From assembly GCF_009914755.1 (NCBI RefSeq), contig NC_060948.1: a stretch of DNA of 64,000 nt; one strand, given 5' to 3'. The DNA is from the human T2T-CHM13v2.0 reference genome, Homo sapiens. Shown one piece after another: positions 41,810 to 61,132 of this stretch (position 1 is its first letter; each line of letters begins with the position of its first letter). The position numbers and the translations under genes are program-made. The notes beneath the pieces were generated by a model. That model saw only the letters and a list, made by a program, of their open reading frames with translations. It made no database searches and was not told the DNA's origin.

Positions 41810-43930
41810 AGATCCATATTTTTTAAATGAAAAAAAATTTCAAAGGTACTCTGCTTGGTACAATAATCAAATGTATAAACTGAGGAATAAAACATAACCA
41901 TGAAACCTACTTATAACTGCATATGGAAAATACAGAGGATAATTTTTTAAATAACATATTTTGAAAGCCTTAACTAGTAATTTGAAGAGTTGGCATTTGA
42001 AAGGCCAGTATGAATATACCTTCAAAGCAGCAACACAGGTTCCCCATGAGAAAAAGCAAACTCAGGGAAAATAAAAACACAAAGGTTCAATCTCTTCTGA
42101 CCTTTGAAAGACACAGCACAGACAGTGGTCCTTAGGACGAAGAGCAGGAGACCCCTAATTCCGTCACCATGGCGATAGGGCATAAACATTGCTGGGTGAG
42201 GGCACAATCCACATTGTGAGGTCCAACTGCTGCCAGGAAGACAGGAGTGCTTTTACGTAGACCGAAAGGTCATTGAAGGCTCAGAGTTTTGTTTCAAGAA
42301 CTGAATCCCAAGCCCACACGTTATTAGGCTGCGCTTCTTAAAACAAGTTATGAGATGGGAAAAAGGGCACCCACAAACATACGTATACATTATGTATATA
42401 ATAATATACAGTGTCATATATATAATATATATAACCTATGTATAATATTGTTTTACATCCTGCATCTTCTGTTATATATATTGTATAAAATATAATTATT
42501 GATAATATATAAGTTTTATAATTATACAATATGACATATAGTATATATTATAATTTATGACATATATAATATATGTTATATATCATATATAGAATATATT
42601 ATACGGTTAATATAAGTATTAAATATAAATTATACATTATATATATTACATATAATATATCTGTTATATATAATACCCATTATGTATAATATATATATTA
42701 TGTCTATGTTATATATAGTATAAAACAACATATAATAATATATAATTGTATATATAAAATGCGACATATAATATATATTATATTTTATAACATATGTAAT
42801 ATATATTATATATAATACGTTGTATGTATAATACCTATATTAAATATATATTATATGACTATGTTATTAATTACATGTCACATGTGTTATATATTATATA
42901 TTTTACATAGAATATACCGGTTACATACAATATATACTATGTTACCTATAATGTATAATTTATTACATGTAAAATAAAGAATGCAATATATTATGTAAAA
43001 TTTATAACATACAATATGTGGAAAGTGATATATATAACATATAATATATGATATATGATATACAGTATATGATATATAACATACAATATATGATTCCTAA
43101 TATATATGGTATACAATATATATTTTATGATATGTATTCTCTATGTTTTATATTCTGTTATATATAACTATTTGAAATTATATATAACTGTATAATATTT
43201 TATGTAAATATGTAATATAATATATATAACTATATAATATATTATATATAACTATATATTATGTTATATATACTTTTATAACATAATTTACCTAAAATAT
43301 CATAATATAATATATATTATATTATTTCATATTACATAATATATATTACATATCACCCAATATAACTAACATACATAATATTATAATATAGATTATATTG
43401 TGTTATATTAAATATCATATATATCATGTATCATATATTCTATAATATATATTACACATTATATAATATGTATGTTGTCTATTATGTGATATATATAACT
43501 ATATATATAATTATATTTTTATACATATAACTAGATAAACATGTAATTCTACATATTTTCATTTATAATATGTAGAATTATATAATCATATATAATTATT
43601 TATATTCTATAAAAAATTTTATCATTCTATAAATTATAATATATAAAAATTATAATATGTACTACAAATATATATATTATATATCATATATGATATAGTA
43701 CCTTTGTTATATATCATAATACATATAAATGTGTATTATGTTATCTATAATTATATAATTTCATATATAAGATGTATAATATGTATCATATATTATATAT
43801 GTTATGTAATATATATAGTATATATAAGATGACACAGGATAAATATTATATACTATGACATATAAAATATATGAGGTTATATGTTACATATAAGGCATAG
43901 CACATAACATGTAAAATATATCATATATAA

Positions 43931-44222
43931 TTTTTTTTTAGACAGAATCTTGTCCTGTTGCACAGGGTGGGGTACAATGGCGCCATCTTTGCTCACTGCA
44001 ACTTCTGCCTCACGGGTCCAAGCGATTGTCCTCCCTCAGCCTCCCAGGTAGCTGGGACTACACCACACTGGGACTACACCAGCTGCCACCATGCCTAGCT
44101 AATTTTTTGGATTTTTAGTAGTGACAGCCTTTCACTGTATTGGCCAGGATGGTCTTGATCTCTTCACCTTGTGATCCCCTTGCCTTGGCCTCCAAATTTG
44201 CTGGGATTACAGGCCTGAGCCA
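43931..44222 (-). mobile_element. Alu, unit 19
   Basis: Near-identical copy; acagcctttc variant shared with unit 22. Confidence 0.95.
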
Positions 44223-46320
44223 AGATCCATATTTTTTAAATGAAAAAAAATTTCAAAGGTACTCTGCTTGGTACAATAATCAAATGTATAAACTGAGGAA
44301 TAAAACATAACCATGAAACCTACTTATAACTGCATATGGAAAATACAGAGGATAATTTTTTAAATAACATATTTTGAAAGCCTTAACTAGTAATTTGAAG
44401 AGTTGGCATTTGAAAGGCCACTATGAATATACCTTCAAAGCAGCAACACAGGTTCCCCATGAGAAAAAGCAAACACAGGGAAAATAAAAACACAAAGGTT
44501 CAATCTCTTCTGACCTTTGAAAGACACAGCACAGACAGTGGTCCTTAGGACGAAGAGCAGGAGACCCCTAATTCCGTCACCATGGCGATAGGGAATAAAC
44601 ATTGCTGGGTGAGGGCACAATCCACATTGTGAGGTCCAACTGCTGCCAGGAAGACAGGAGTGCTTTTACATAGACCGAAAGGTCATTGAAGGCTCAGAGT
44701 TTTGTTTCAAGAACTGAATCCCAAGCCCACACGTTATTAGGCTGCGCTTCTTAAAACAAGTTATGAGATGGGAAAAAGGGCACCCACAAACATACGTATA
44801 CATTATGTATATAATAATATACAGTATCATATATATAATATATATAACCTATGTATAATATTGTTTTACATCCTGCATCTTATGTTATATATATTGTATA
44901 AAATATAATAATTGATAATATATAAGTTTTATAATTATACAATATGACATATAGTATATATTATAATTTATGACATATATAATATATGTTATATATCATA
45001 TATAGAATATATTATACGGTTAATATACGTATTAAATATAAATTATACATTATATATATTATATATAATATATCTGTTATATATAATACCCATTATGCAT
45101 AATATATATATTATGTCTATGTTATATATAGTATAAAACAACATATAATAATATATAATTGTATATATAAAATGCGACATATATTATATATTATATTTTA
45201 TAACATATGTAATATATATTATATATAATATGTTGTATGTATAATACCTATATTAAATATATATTATATGACTATGTTATTAATTACATGTCACATGTGT
45301 TATATATTATATATTTTACATAGAATATACCGGTTACATACAATATATACCATGTTACCTATAATGTATAATTTATTACATGTAAAATAAAGAATGCAAT
45401 ATATTATGTATAATTTATAATATACAATATGTGGAATGTGATATATATAACATATAATATATGATATATGATATACAGTATATGATATATAACATACAAT
45501 ATATGATTCCTAATATATATGGTATACAATATATATTTTATGATATGTATTCTATATGTTTTATATTCTGTTATATATAACTATTTGAAATTATATATAA
45601 CTGTATAATATCTTATGTAAATATGTAATATAATATATATAACTATATAATATATTATATATAACTATATATTATGTTATATATACTTTTATAACATAAT
45701 TTACATAAAATATCATAATATAATATATATTATATTATTTCATATTAAATAATATATATTACATATCACCCAATATAACTAACATACATAATATTATAAT
45801 ATAGATTATATTGTGTTATATTAAATATCATATATATCTTGTATCATATATTCTATAATATATATTACACATTATATAATATGTATGTTGTCTATTATGT
45901 GATATATATAACTATATATATAATTATATTTTTATACATATAACTAGATAAACATGTAATTCTACATATTTTCATTTATAATACGTAGAATTATATTATC
46001 ATATATAATTATTTATATTCTATAAAAAATTTTATCATTATATAAATTATAATATATAAAAATTATAATATGTACTACAAATATATATATTATATATCAT
46101 ATATGATATAGTACCTTTGTTATATATCACAATACATATAAATGTGTATTATGTTATCTATAATTATATAATTTCATATATAAGATGTATAATATGTATC
46201 TTATATTATATAAGTTATGTAATATATATAGTATATATAAGATGACACAGGATAAATATTATATACTATGACATATAAAATATATGAGGTTATATGTTAC
46301 ATATAAGGCATAGCACATAA

Positions 46321-46635
<315 letters not shown>

Positions 46636-48756
46636 AGATCCATATTTTTTAAATGAAAAAAAATTTCAAAGGTACTCTGCTTGGTACAATAATCAAATGT
46701 ATAAACTGAGGAATAAAACATAACCATGAAACCTACTTATAACTGCATATGCAAAATACAGAGGTTAATTTTTTAAATAACATATTTTGAAAGCCTTAAC
46801 TAGTAATTTGAAGAGTTGGCATTTGAAAGGCCAGTATGAATATACCTTCAAAGCAGCAACACAGGTTCCCCATGAGAAAAAGCAAACACAGGGAAAATAA
46901 AAACACAAAGGTTCAATCTCTGCTGACCTTTGAAAGACACAGCACAGACAGTGGTCCTTAGGACGAAGAGCAGGAGACCCCTAATTCCGTCACCATGGCG
47001 ATAGGGCATAAACATTGCTGGGTGAGGGCACAATCCACATTGTGAGGTCCAACTGCTGCCAGGAAGACAGGAGTGCTTTTACATAGACCGAAAGGTCATT
47101 GAAGGCTCAGAGTTTTGTTTCAAGGACTGAATCCCAAACCCACACGTTATTAGGCTGCGCTTCTTAAAACAAGTTATGAGATGGGAAAAAGGGCACCCAC
47201 AAACATACGTATACATTATGTATATAATAATATACAGTATCATATATATAATATATATAACCTATGTATAATGTTGTTTTACATCCTGCATCTTATGTTA
47301 TATATATTGTATAAAATATAATAATTGATAATATATAAGTTTTATAATTATACAATATGACATATAGTATATATTATAATTTATGACATATATAATATAT
47401 GTTTTATATCATATATAGAATATATTATACGGTTAATATACGTATTAAATATAAATTATACATTATATATATTATATATAATATATCTGTTATATATAAT
47501 ACACATTATGCATAATATATATATTATGTCTATGTTATATACAGTATAAAACAACATATAATAATATATAATTGTATATATAAAATGCGACATATAATAT
47601 ATATTATATTTTATAACATATGTAATATATATTATATATAATACGTTGTATGTATAATACCTATATTAAATATATATTATATGACTATGTTATTAATTAC
47701 ATGTCACATGTGTTATATATTATATATTTTACATAGAATATACCGGTTACATACAATATATACCATGTTACCTATAATGTATAATTTATTACATGTAAAA
47801 TAAAGAATGCAATATATTATGTAAAATTTATAACATACAATATGTGGAATGTGATATATATAACATATAATATATGATATATGATATACAGTATATGATA
47901 TATAACATACAATATATGATTCCTAATATATATGGTATACAATATATATTTTATGATATGTATTCTCTATGTTTTATATTCTGGTATATATAACTATTTG
48001 AAATTATATATAACTGTATAATATTTTATTTAAATATGTAATATAATATATATAACTATATAATATATTATATATAACTATATATTATGTTATATATACT
48101 TTTATAACATAATTTACATAAAATATCATAATATAATATATATTATATTATTTCATATTACATAATATATATTACATATCACCCAATATAACTAACATAC
48201 ATAATATTATAATATAGATTATATTGTGTTATATTAAATATCATATATATCATGTATCATATATTCTATAATATATATTACACATTATATAATATGTATG
48301 TTGTCTATTATGTGATATATATAACTATATATATAAATATATTTTTATACATATAACTAGATAAACATGTAATTCTACATATTTTCATTTATAATATGTA
48401 GAATTATACAATCATATATAATTATTTATATTCTATAAAAAATTTTATCATTATATAAATTATAATATATAAAAATTATAATATGTACTACAAATATATA
48501 TATTATATATCATATATGATATAGTACCTTTGTTATATATCATAATACATATAAATGTGTATTATGTTATCTATAATTATATAATTTCATATATAAGATG
48601 TATAATATGTATCATATATTATATATGTTATGTAATATATATAGTATATATAAGATGACACAGGATAAATATTATATACTATGACATATAAAATATATGA
48701 GGTTATATGTTACATATAAGGCATAGCACATAACATGTAATATATATCATATATAA

Positions 48757-49048
48757 TTTTTTTTTAGACAGAATCTTTTCCTGTTGCACAGGGTGGGGTA
48801 CAATGGCGCCATCTTTGCTCACTGCAACTTCTGCCTCACGGGTCCAAGCGATTGTCCTCCCTGAGCCTCCCAGGTAGCTGGGACTACACCACACTGGGAC
48901 TACACCAGCTGCCACCATGCCTAGCTAATTTTTTGGATTTTTAGTAGTGACAGCGTTTCACTGTATTGGCCAGGATGGTCTTGATCTCTTCACCTTGTGA
49001 TCCCCTTGCCTTGGCCTCCAAATTTGCTGGGATTACAGGCCTGAGCCA
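48757..49048 (-). mobile_element. Alu, unit 21
   Basis: Near-identical copy; same variants as unit 18. Confidence 0.95.
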
Positions 49049-51169
49049 AGATCCATATTTTTTAAATGAAAAAAAATTTCAAAGGTACTCTGCTTGGTAC
49101 AATAATCAAATGTATAAACTGAGGAATAAAACATAACCATGAAACCTACTTATAACTGCATATGGAAAATACAGAGGATAATTTTTTAAATAACATATTT
49201 TGAAAGCCTTAACTAGTAATTTGAAGAGTTGGCATTTGAAAGGCCAGTATGAATATACCTTCAAAGCAGCAACACAGGTTCCCCATGAGAAAAAGCAAAC
49301 TCAGGGAAAATAAAAACACAAAAGTTCAATCTCTTCTGACCTTTGAAAGACACAGCACAGACAGTGGTCCTTAGGACGAAGAGCAGGAGACCCCTAATTC
49401 CGTCACCATGGCGATAGGGCATAAACATTGCTGGGTGAGGGCACAATCCACATTGTGAGGTCCAACTGCTGCCAGGAAGACAGGAGTGCTTTTACCTAGA
49501 CCGAAAGGTCATTGAAGGCTCAGAGTTTTGTTTCAAGAACTGAATCCCAAGCCCACACGTTATTAGGCTGCGCTTCTTAAAACAAGTTATGAGATGGGAA
49601 AAAGGGCACCCACAAACATACGTATACATTATGTATATAATAATATGCAGTGTCATATATATAATATATATAACCTATGTATAATATTGTTTTACATCCT
49701 GCATCTTCTGTTATATATATTGTATAAAATATAATTATTGATAATATATAAGTTTTATAATTATACAATATGACATATAGTATATATTATAATTTATGAC
49801 ATATATAATATATGTTATATATCATATATAGAATATATTATACGGTTAATATAAGTATTAAATATAAATTATACATTATATATATTACATATAATATATC
49901 TGTTATATATAATACCCATTATGTATAATATATATATTATGTCTATGTTATATATAGTATAAAACAACATATAATAATATATAATTGTATATATAAAATG
50001 CGACATATAATATATATTATATTTTATAACATATGTAATATATATTATATATAATACGTTGTATGTATAATACCTATATTAAATATATATTATATGACTA
50101 TGTTATTAATTACATGTCACATGTGTTATATATTATATATTTTACATAGAATATACCGGTTACATACAATATATACTATGTTACCTATAATGTATAATTT
50201 ATTACATGTAAAATAAAGAATGCAATATATTATGTAAAATTTATAACATACAATATGTGGAAAGTGATATATATAACATATAATATATGATATATGATAT
50301 ACAGTATATGATATATAACATACAATATATGATTCCTAATATATATGGTATACAATATATATTTTATGATATGTATTCTCTATGTTTTATATTCTGTTAT
50401 ATATAACTATTTGAAATTATATATAACTGTATAATATTTTATGTAAATATGTAATATAATATATATAACTATATAATATATTATATATAACTATATATTA
50501 TGTTATATATACTTTTATAACATAATTTACCTAAAATATCATAATATAATATATATTATATTATTTCATATTACATAATATATATTACATATCACCCAAT
50601 ATAACTAACATACATAATATTATAATATAGATTATATTGTGTTATATTAAATATCATATATATCATGTATCATATATTCTATAATATATATTACACATTA
50701 TATAATATGTATGTTGTCTATTATGTGATATATATAACTATATATATAATTATATTTTTATACATATAACTAGATAAACATGTAATTCTACATATTTTCA
50801 TTTATAATATGTAGAATTATATAATCATATATAATTATTTATATTCTATAAAAAATTTTATCATTCTATAAATTATAATATATAAAAATTATAATATGTA
50901 CTACAAATATATATATTATATATCATATATGATATAGTACCTTTGTTATATATCATAATACATATAAATGTGTATTATGTTATCTATAATTATATAATTT
51001 CATATATAAGATGTATAATATGTATCATATATTATATATGTTATGTAATATATATAGTATATATAAGATGACACAGGATAAATATTATATACTATGACAT
51101 ATAAAATATATGAGGTTATATGTTACATATAAGGCATAGCACATAACATGTAAAATATATCATATATAA

Positions 51170-51461
51170 TTTTTTTTTAGACAGAATCTTGTCCTGTTGC
51201 ACAGGGTGGGGTACAATGGCGCCATCTTTGCTCACTGCAACTTCTGCCTCACGGGTCCAAGCGATTGTCCTCCCTCAGCCTCCCAGGTAGCTGGGACTAC
51301 ACCACACTGGGACTACACCAGCTGCCACCATGCCTAGCTAATTTTTTGGATTTTTAGTAGTGACAGCCTTTCACTGTATTGGCCAGGATGGTCTTGATCT
51401 CTTCACCTTGTGATCCCCTTGCCTTGGCCTCCAAATTTGCTGGGATTACAGGCCTGAGCCA
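51170..51461 (-). mobile_element. Alu, unit 22
   Basis: Near-identical copy; same variant as unit 19. Confidence 0.95.
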
Positions 51462-53550
51462 AGATCCATATTTTTTAAATGAAAAAAAATTTCAAAGGTA
51501 CTCTGCTTGGTACAATAATCAAATGTATAAACTGAGGAATAAAACATAACCATGAAACCTACTTATAACTGCATATGGAAAATACAGAGGATAATTTTTT
51601 AAATAACATATTTTGAAAGCCTTAACTAGTAATTTGAAGAGTTGGCATTTGAAAGGCCACTATGAATATACCTTCAAAGCAGCAACACAGGTTCCCCATG
51701 AGAAAAAGCAAACACAGGGAAAATAAAAACACAAAGGTTCAATCTCTTCTGACCTTTGAAAGACACAGCACAGACAGTGGTCCTTAGGACGAAGAGCAGG
51801 AGACCCCTAATTCCGTCACCATGGCGATAGGGAATAAACATTGCTGGGTGAGGGCACAATCCACATTGTGAGGTCCAACTGCTGCCAGGAAGACAGGAGT
51901 GCTTTTACATAGACCGAAAGGTCATTGAAGGCTCAGAGTTTTGTTTCAAGAACTGAATCCCAAGCCCACACGTTATTAGGCTGCGCTTCTTAAAACAAGT
52001 TATGAGATGGGAAAAAGGGCACCCACAAACATACGTATACATTATGTATATAATAATATACAGTATCATATATATAATATATATAACCTATGTATAATAT
52101 TGTTTTACATCCTGCATCTTATGTTATATATATTGTATAAAATATAATAATTGATAATATATAAGTTTTATAATTATACAATATGACATATAGTATATAT
52201 TATAATTTATGACATATATAATATATGTTATATATCATATATAGAATATATTATACGGTTAATATACGTATTAAATATAAATTATACATTATATATATTA
52301 TATATAATATATCTGTTATATATAATACCCATTATGTATAATATATATATTATGTCTATGTTATATATAGTATAAAACAACATATAATAATATATAATTG
52401 TATATATAAAATGCGACATATAATATATATTATATTTTATAACATATGTAATATATATTATATATAATACGTTGTATGTATAATACCTATATTAAATATA
52501 TATTATATGACTATGTTATTAATTACATGTTACATGTGTTATATATTATACATTTTACATAGAATATACCGGTTACATACAATATATACTATGTTACCTA
52601 TAATGTATAATTTATTACATGTAAAATAAAGAATGCAATATATTATGTATAATTTATAATATACAATATGTGGAATGTGATATATATAACATATAATATA
52701 TGATATATGATATACAGTATATGATATATAACATACAATATATGATTCCTAATATATATGGTATACAAAATATATTTTATGATATGTATTCTATATGTTT
52801 TATATTCTGTTATATATAACTATTTGAAATTATATATAACTGTATAATATTTTATGTAAATATGTAATATAATATATATAACTATATAATATATTATATA
52901 TAACTATATATTATGTTATATATACTTTTATAACATAATTTACATAAAATATCATAATATAATATATATTATATTATTTCATATTACATAATATATATTA
53001 CATATCACCCAATATAAGTAACATACATAATATTATAATATAGATTATATTATGTTATATTAAATATCATATATATCATGTATCATATATTCTATAATAT
53101 ATATTACACATTATATAATATGTATGTTGTCTATTATGTGATATATATAACTATATATTATTATATTATTATACATATAACTAGATAAACATGTAATTCT
53201 ACATATTTTCATTTATAATATATAGAATTATATAATCATATATAATTATTTATATTCTATAAAAAATTATATCATTATATAAATTATAATATAAAAAAAT
53301 TATAATATGTACTACAAATATATATATTATATATCATATATGATATAGTACCTTTGTTATATATCATAATACATATAAATGTGTATTATGTTATCTATAA
53401 TTATATAATTTCATATATAAGATGTATAATATGTATTATATATTGTATATGTTATGTAATATATATAGTATATATAAGCTGACACAGGATAAATATTATA
53501 TACTATGACATATAAAATATATGAGGTTATATGTTACATATAAGGCATAG

Positions 53551-53871
<321 letters not shown>

Positions 53872-55999
53872 AGATCCATATTTTTTAAATGAAAAAAAAT
53901 TTCAAAGGTACTCTGCTTGGTACAATAATCAAATGTATAAACTGAGGAATAAAACATAACCATGAAACCTACTTATAACTGCATATGGAAAATACAGAGG
54001 ATAATTTTTTAAATAACATATTTGGAAAGCCTTAACTAGTAATTTGAAGAGTTGGCATTTGTAAGGCCAGTATGAATATACCTTCAAAGCAGCAACACAG
54101 GTTCCCCATGAGAAAAAGCAAACTCAGGGAAAATAAAACCACAAAGGTTCAATCTCTTCTGACCTTTGAAAGACACAGCACAGACAGTGGTCCTTAGGAC
54201 GAAGAGCAGGAGACCCCTAATTCCGTCACCATGGCGATAGGGCATAAACATTGCTGGGTGAGGGCACAATCCACATTGTGAGGTCCAACTGCTGCCAGGA
54301 AGACAGGAGTGCTTTTACATAGACCGAAAGGTCATTGAAGGCTCAGAGTTTTGTTTCAAGAACTGAATCCCAAGCCCACACGTTATTAGGCTGCGCTTCT
54401 TAAAACAAGTTATGAGATGGGAAAAAGGGCACCCACAAACATACGTATACATTATGTATATAATAATATACAGTATCATATATAAAATATGTATAACCAA
54501 TGTATAATATTGTTTTACATCCTGCATCTTATATTATATATATTGTATAAAATATAATAATTGATAATATATAAGTTTTATATTTATACAATATGACATA
54601 TAGTATATATTATACTTTATGACATATATAATATATGTTATATATCATATATAGAATATATTATACGGTTAATATACGTATTAAATATAAATTATACATT
54701 ATATATATTATATAAAATATATCTGTTATATATAATACCCATTATGCATAATATATATATTATGTCTATGTTATATATAGTATAAAACAACATATAATAA
54801 TATATAATTGTATATATAAAATGCGACATATAATATATATTATATTTTATGACATATGTAATATATATTATATATTATATATAATACGTTGTATGTATAA
54901 TACCTATGTTAAATATATATTATATGACTATGTTATGAATTACATGTCACATATGTTATATATTATATATTTTACATAGAATATACCGGTTACATACAAT
55001 ATATACTATGTTACCTATAATGTATAATTGATTACATGTAAAATAAAGAATGCAATATATTATGTATAATTTATAATATACAATATGTGGAATGTGATAT
55101 ATATAACATATAATATATGATATATGATATACAATATATGATATATAACATACAATATATGATACCTAGTATATATGGTATACAATATATATTTTATGAT
55201 ATGTATTCTATATGTTTTATATTCTGTTATATATAACTATTTGAAATTATATATAACTGTATAATATTTTATGTAAATATGTAATATAATATATATAACT
55301 ATATAATATATTATATATAACTATATATTATGTTATATATACTTTTATAACATAATTTACATAAAATGTCATAATATAATATATATTATATTATTTCACA
55401 TTACATAATATATATTACATATCACCCAATATAAGTAACATACATAATATTATAATATAGATTATATTATGTTATATTAAATATCACATATATCATGTAT
55501 CATATATTCTATAATATATATTACACATTATATAATATGTATGTTGTCTATTTTGTGATATATAAAACTATATATATAATTATATTATTATACATATAAC
55601 TAGATAAACATGTAATTCTACATATTTTCGTTTGTAATATATAGAATTATATAATCATATATAATTATTTATATTCTATAAAAAATTATATCATTATATA
55701 AATTATAATATAAAAAAATTATAATATGTACTACAAATATACATATTATATATCATATATGATATAGTACCTTTGTTATATATCATAATACATATAAATG
55801 TGTATTATGTTATCTATAATTATATATTTTCATATATAAGATGTATAATATGTATTATATATTGTCTATGTTATGTAATATATATAGTATATGTAAGCTG
55901 ACACAGGATAAATATTATATACTATGAGATATAAAATATATGAGGTTATATGTTACATATAAGGCATAGCACATAACATGTAATATATATCATATATAA

Positions 56000-56291
<292 letters not shown>

Positions 56292-58391
56292 AGATCCATA
56301 TTTTTTAAATGAAAAAAAATTTCAAAGGTACTCTGCTTGGTACAATAATCAAATGTATAAACTGAGGAATAAAACATAACCATGAAACCTACTTATAACT
56401 GCATATGGAAAATACAGAGGATAATTTTTTAAATAACATATTTTGAAAGCCTTAACTAGTAATTTGCAGAGTTGGCATTTGAAAGGCCAGTATGAATATA
56501 CCTTCAAAGCAGCAACACAGGTTCCCCATGAGAAAAAGCAAACTCAGGGAAAATAAAACCACAAAGGTTCAATCTCTTCTGACCTTTGAAAGACACAGCA
56601 CAGACAGTGGTCCTTAGGACGAAGAGCAGGAGACCCCTAATTCCGTCACCATGGCGATAGGGCATAAACATTGCTGGGTGAGGGCACAATCCACATTGAG
56701 AGGTCCAACTGCTGCCAGGAAGACAGGAGTGCTTTTACATAGACCGAAAGGTCATTGAAGGCTCAGAGTTTTGTTTCAAGAACTGAATCCCAAGCCCACA
56801 CGTTATTAGGCTGCGCTTCTTAAAACAAGTTATGAGATGGGAAAAAGGGCACCCACAAACATACGTATACATTATGTATATAATAATATACAGTATCATA
56901 TATAAAATATGTATAACCTATGTATAATATTGTTTTACATCCTGCATCTTATATTATATATATTGTATAAAATATAATAATTGATAATATATAAGTTTTA
57001 TATTTATACAATATGACATATAGTATATATTATACTTTATGACATATATAATATATGTTATATATCATATATAGAATATATTATACGGTTAATATACGTA
57101 TTAAATATAAATTATACATTATATATATTATATAAAATATATCTGTTATATATAATACCCATTATGCATAATATATATATTATGTCTATGTTATATATAG
57201 TATAAAACAACATATAATAATATATAATTGTATATATAAAATGCGACATATAATATATATTATATTTTATGACATATGTAATATATATTATATATTATAT
57301 ATAATACGTTGTATGTATAATACCTATGTTAAATATATATTATATGACTATGTTATTAATTACATGTCACATATGTTATATATTATATATTTTACATAGA
57401 ATATACCGGTTACATACAATATATACTATGTTACCTATAATGTATAATTGATTACATGTAAAATAAAGAATGCAATATATTATGTATAATTTATAATATA
57501 CAATATGTGGAATGTGATATATATAACATATAATATATGATATATGATATACAGTATATGATATATAACATACAATATATGATTCCTAATATATATGGTA
57601 TACAATATATATTTTATGATATGTATTCTATATGTTTTATATTCTGTTATATATAACTATTTGAAATTATATATAACTGTATAATATTTTATGTAAATAT
57701 GTAATATAATATATATAACTATATAATATATTATATATAACTATATATTATGTTATATATACTTTTATAACATAATTTACATAAAATGTCATAATATAAT
57801 ATATATTATATTATTTCACATTACATAATATATATTACATATCACCCAATATAAGTAACATACATAATATTATAATATAGATTATATTATGTTATATTAA
57901 ATATCACATATATCATGTATCATATATTCTATAATATATATTACACATTATATAATATGTATGTTGTCTATTTTGTGATATATAAAACTATATATATAAT
58001 TATATTATTATACATATAACTAGATAAACATGTAATTCTACATATTTTCGTTTGTAATATATAGAATTATATAATCATATATAATTATTTATATTCTATA
58101 AAAAATTATATCATTATATAAATTATAATATAAAAAAATTATAATATGTACTACAAATATATATATTATATATCATATATGATATAGTACCTTTGTTATA
58201 TATCATAATACATATAAATGTGTATTATGTTATCTATAATTATATAATTTCATATATAAGATGTATAATATGTATTATATATTGTATATGTTATGTGATA
58301 TATATATAGTATATATAAGCTGACACAGGTTAAATATTATATACTATGACATATAAAATATATGAGGTTATATGTTACATATAAGGCATAG

Positions 58392-58712
<321 letters not shown>

Positions 58713-60840
58713 AGATCCATATTTTTTAAATGAAAAAAAATTTCAAAGGTACTCTGCTTGGTACAATAATCAAATGTATAAACTGAGGAATAAAACATAA
58801 CCATGAAACCTACTTATAACTGCATATGGAAAATACAGAGGATAATTTTTTAAATAACATATTTTGAAAGCCTTAACTAGTAATTTGAAGAGTTGGCATT
58901 TGAAAGGCCAGTATGAATATACCTTCAAAGCAACAACACAGGTTCCCCATGAGAAACAGCAAACTCAGGGAAAATAAAACCACAAAGGTTCAAGCTCTTC
59001 TGACCTTTGAAAGACACAGCACAGACAGTGGTCCTTAGGACGAAGAGCAGGAGACCCCTAATTCCGTCACCATGGCGATAGGGCATAAACATTGCTGGGT
59101 GAGGGCACAATCCACATTGTGAGGTCCAACTGCTGCCAGGAAGACAGGAGTGCTTTTACATAGACCGAAAGGTCATTCAAGGCTCAGAGTTTTGTTTCAA
59201 GAACTGAATCCCAAGCCCACACGTTATTAGGCTGCGCTTCTTAAAACAAGTTATGAGATGGGAAAAAGGGCACCCACAAACATACGTATACATTATGTAT
59301 ATAATAATATACAGTATCATATATATAATATATATAACCTATGTATAATATTGTTTTACATCCTGCATCTTATATTATATATATTGTCTAAAATATAATA
59401 ATTGATAATATATAAGTTTTATATTTATACAATATGACATATAGTATATATTATAATTTATGACATATATAATATATGTTATATATCATATATAGAATAT
59501 ATTATACGGTTAATATACGTATTAAATATAAATTATACATTATATATATTATATATAATATATCTGTTATATATAATACCCATTATGCATAATATGTATA
59601 TTTTGTCTTTGTTATATATAGTATAAAACAACATATAATAATATATAATTGTATATATAAAATGCGACATATAATATATATTATATTTTATGACATATGT
59701 AATATATATTATATATTATATATAATACGTTGTATGTATAATACCTATATTAAATATATATTATATGACTATGTTATTAATTACATGTCACATATGTTAT
59801 ATATTATATATTTTACATAGAATATACCGGTTACATACAATATATACTATGTTACCTATAATGTATAATTTATTACATGTAAAATAAAGAATGCAATATA
59901 TTATGTATAATTTATAATATACAATATGTGGAATGTGATATATATAACATATAATATATGATATATGATATACACTATATGATATATAACATACAATATA
60001 TGATTCCTAATATATATGGTATACAATATATATTTTATGATATGTATTCTATATGTTTTATATTCTGTTATATATAACTATTTGAAATTATATATAACTG
60101 TATAATATTTTATGTAAATATGTAATATAATATATATAACTATATAATATATTATATATAACTATATATTATGTTATATATACTTTTATAACATAATTTA
60201 CATAAAATATCATAATATAATATATATTATACTATTTCATATTACATAATATATATTACATATCGCCCAATATAACTAACATACATAATATTATAATATA
60301 GATTATATTATGTTATATTAAATATCATATATATCATGTATCATATATTCTATAATATATATTACACATTATATAATATGTATGTTGTCTATTAGGTGAT
60401 ATATATACCTATATATATAATTATATTTTTATACATATAACTAGATAAACATGTAATTCTACATATTTTCATTTATAATATGTAGAAGTATATAATCATA
60501 TATAATTATTTATATTCTATAAAAAATTTTATCATTATATAAATTATAATATATAAAAATTATAATATGTACTACAAATATATATATTATATATCATATA
60601 TGATATAGTACCTTTGTTATATATCATAATACATATAAATGTGTATTATGTTATCTATAATTATATAATTTCATATATAAGATGTATAATATGTATCATA
60701 TATTATATATGTTATGTAATATATATAGTATATATAAGATGACACAGGATAAATATTATATACTATGACATATAAAATATATCAGGTTATATGTTACATA
60801 TAAGGCATAGCACATAACATGTAATATATATCATATATAA

Positions 60841-61132
60841 TTTTTTTTTAGACAGAATCTTGTCCTGTTGCACAGGGTGGGGTACAATGGCGCCATCTTT
60901 GCTCACTGCAACTTCTGCCTCACGGGTCCAAGCGATTGTCCTCCCTGAGCCTCCCAGGTAGCTGGGACTACACCACACTGGGACTACACCAGCTGCCACC
61001 ATGCCTAGCTAATTTTTTGGATTTTTAGTAGTGACAGCGTTTCACTGTATTGGCCAGGATGGTCTTGATCTCTTCACCTTGTGATCCCCTTGCCTTGGCC
61101 TCCAAATTTGCTGGGATTACAGGCCTGAGCCA
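60841..61132 (-). mobile_element. Alu, unit 26 (majority type)
   Basis: Majority-type gacagaatct/ggggtac/caacttctg, plus the cctgagcctc variant. Confidence 0.95.

Noticed and set aside
42338-42529. Tyr/Ile-rich ORFs (also 49577, 54315)
   Set aside because: These are low-complexity translations of TA-rich DNA.
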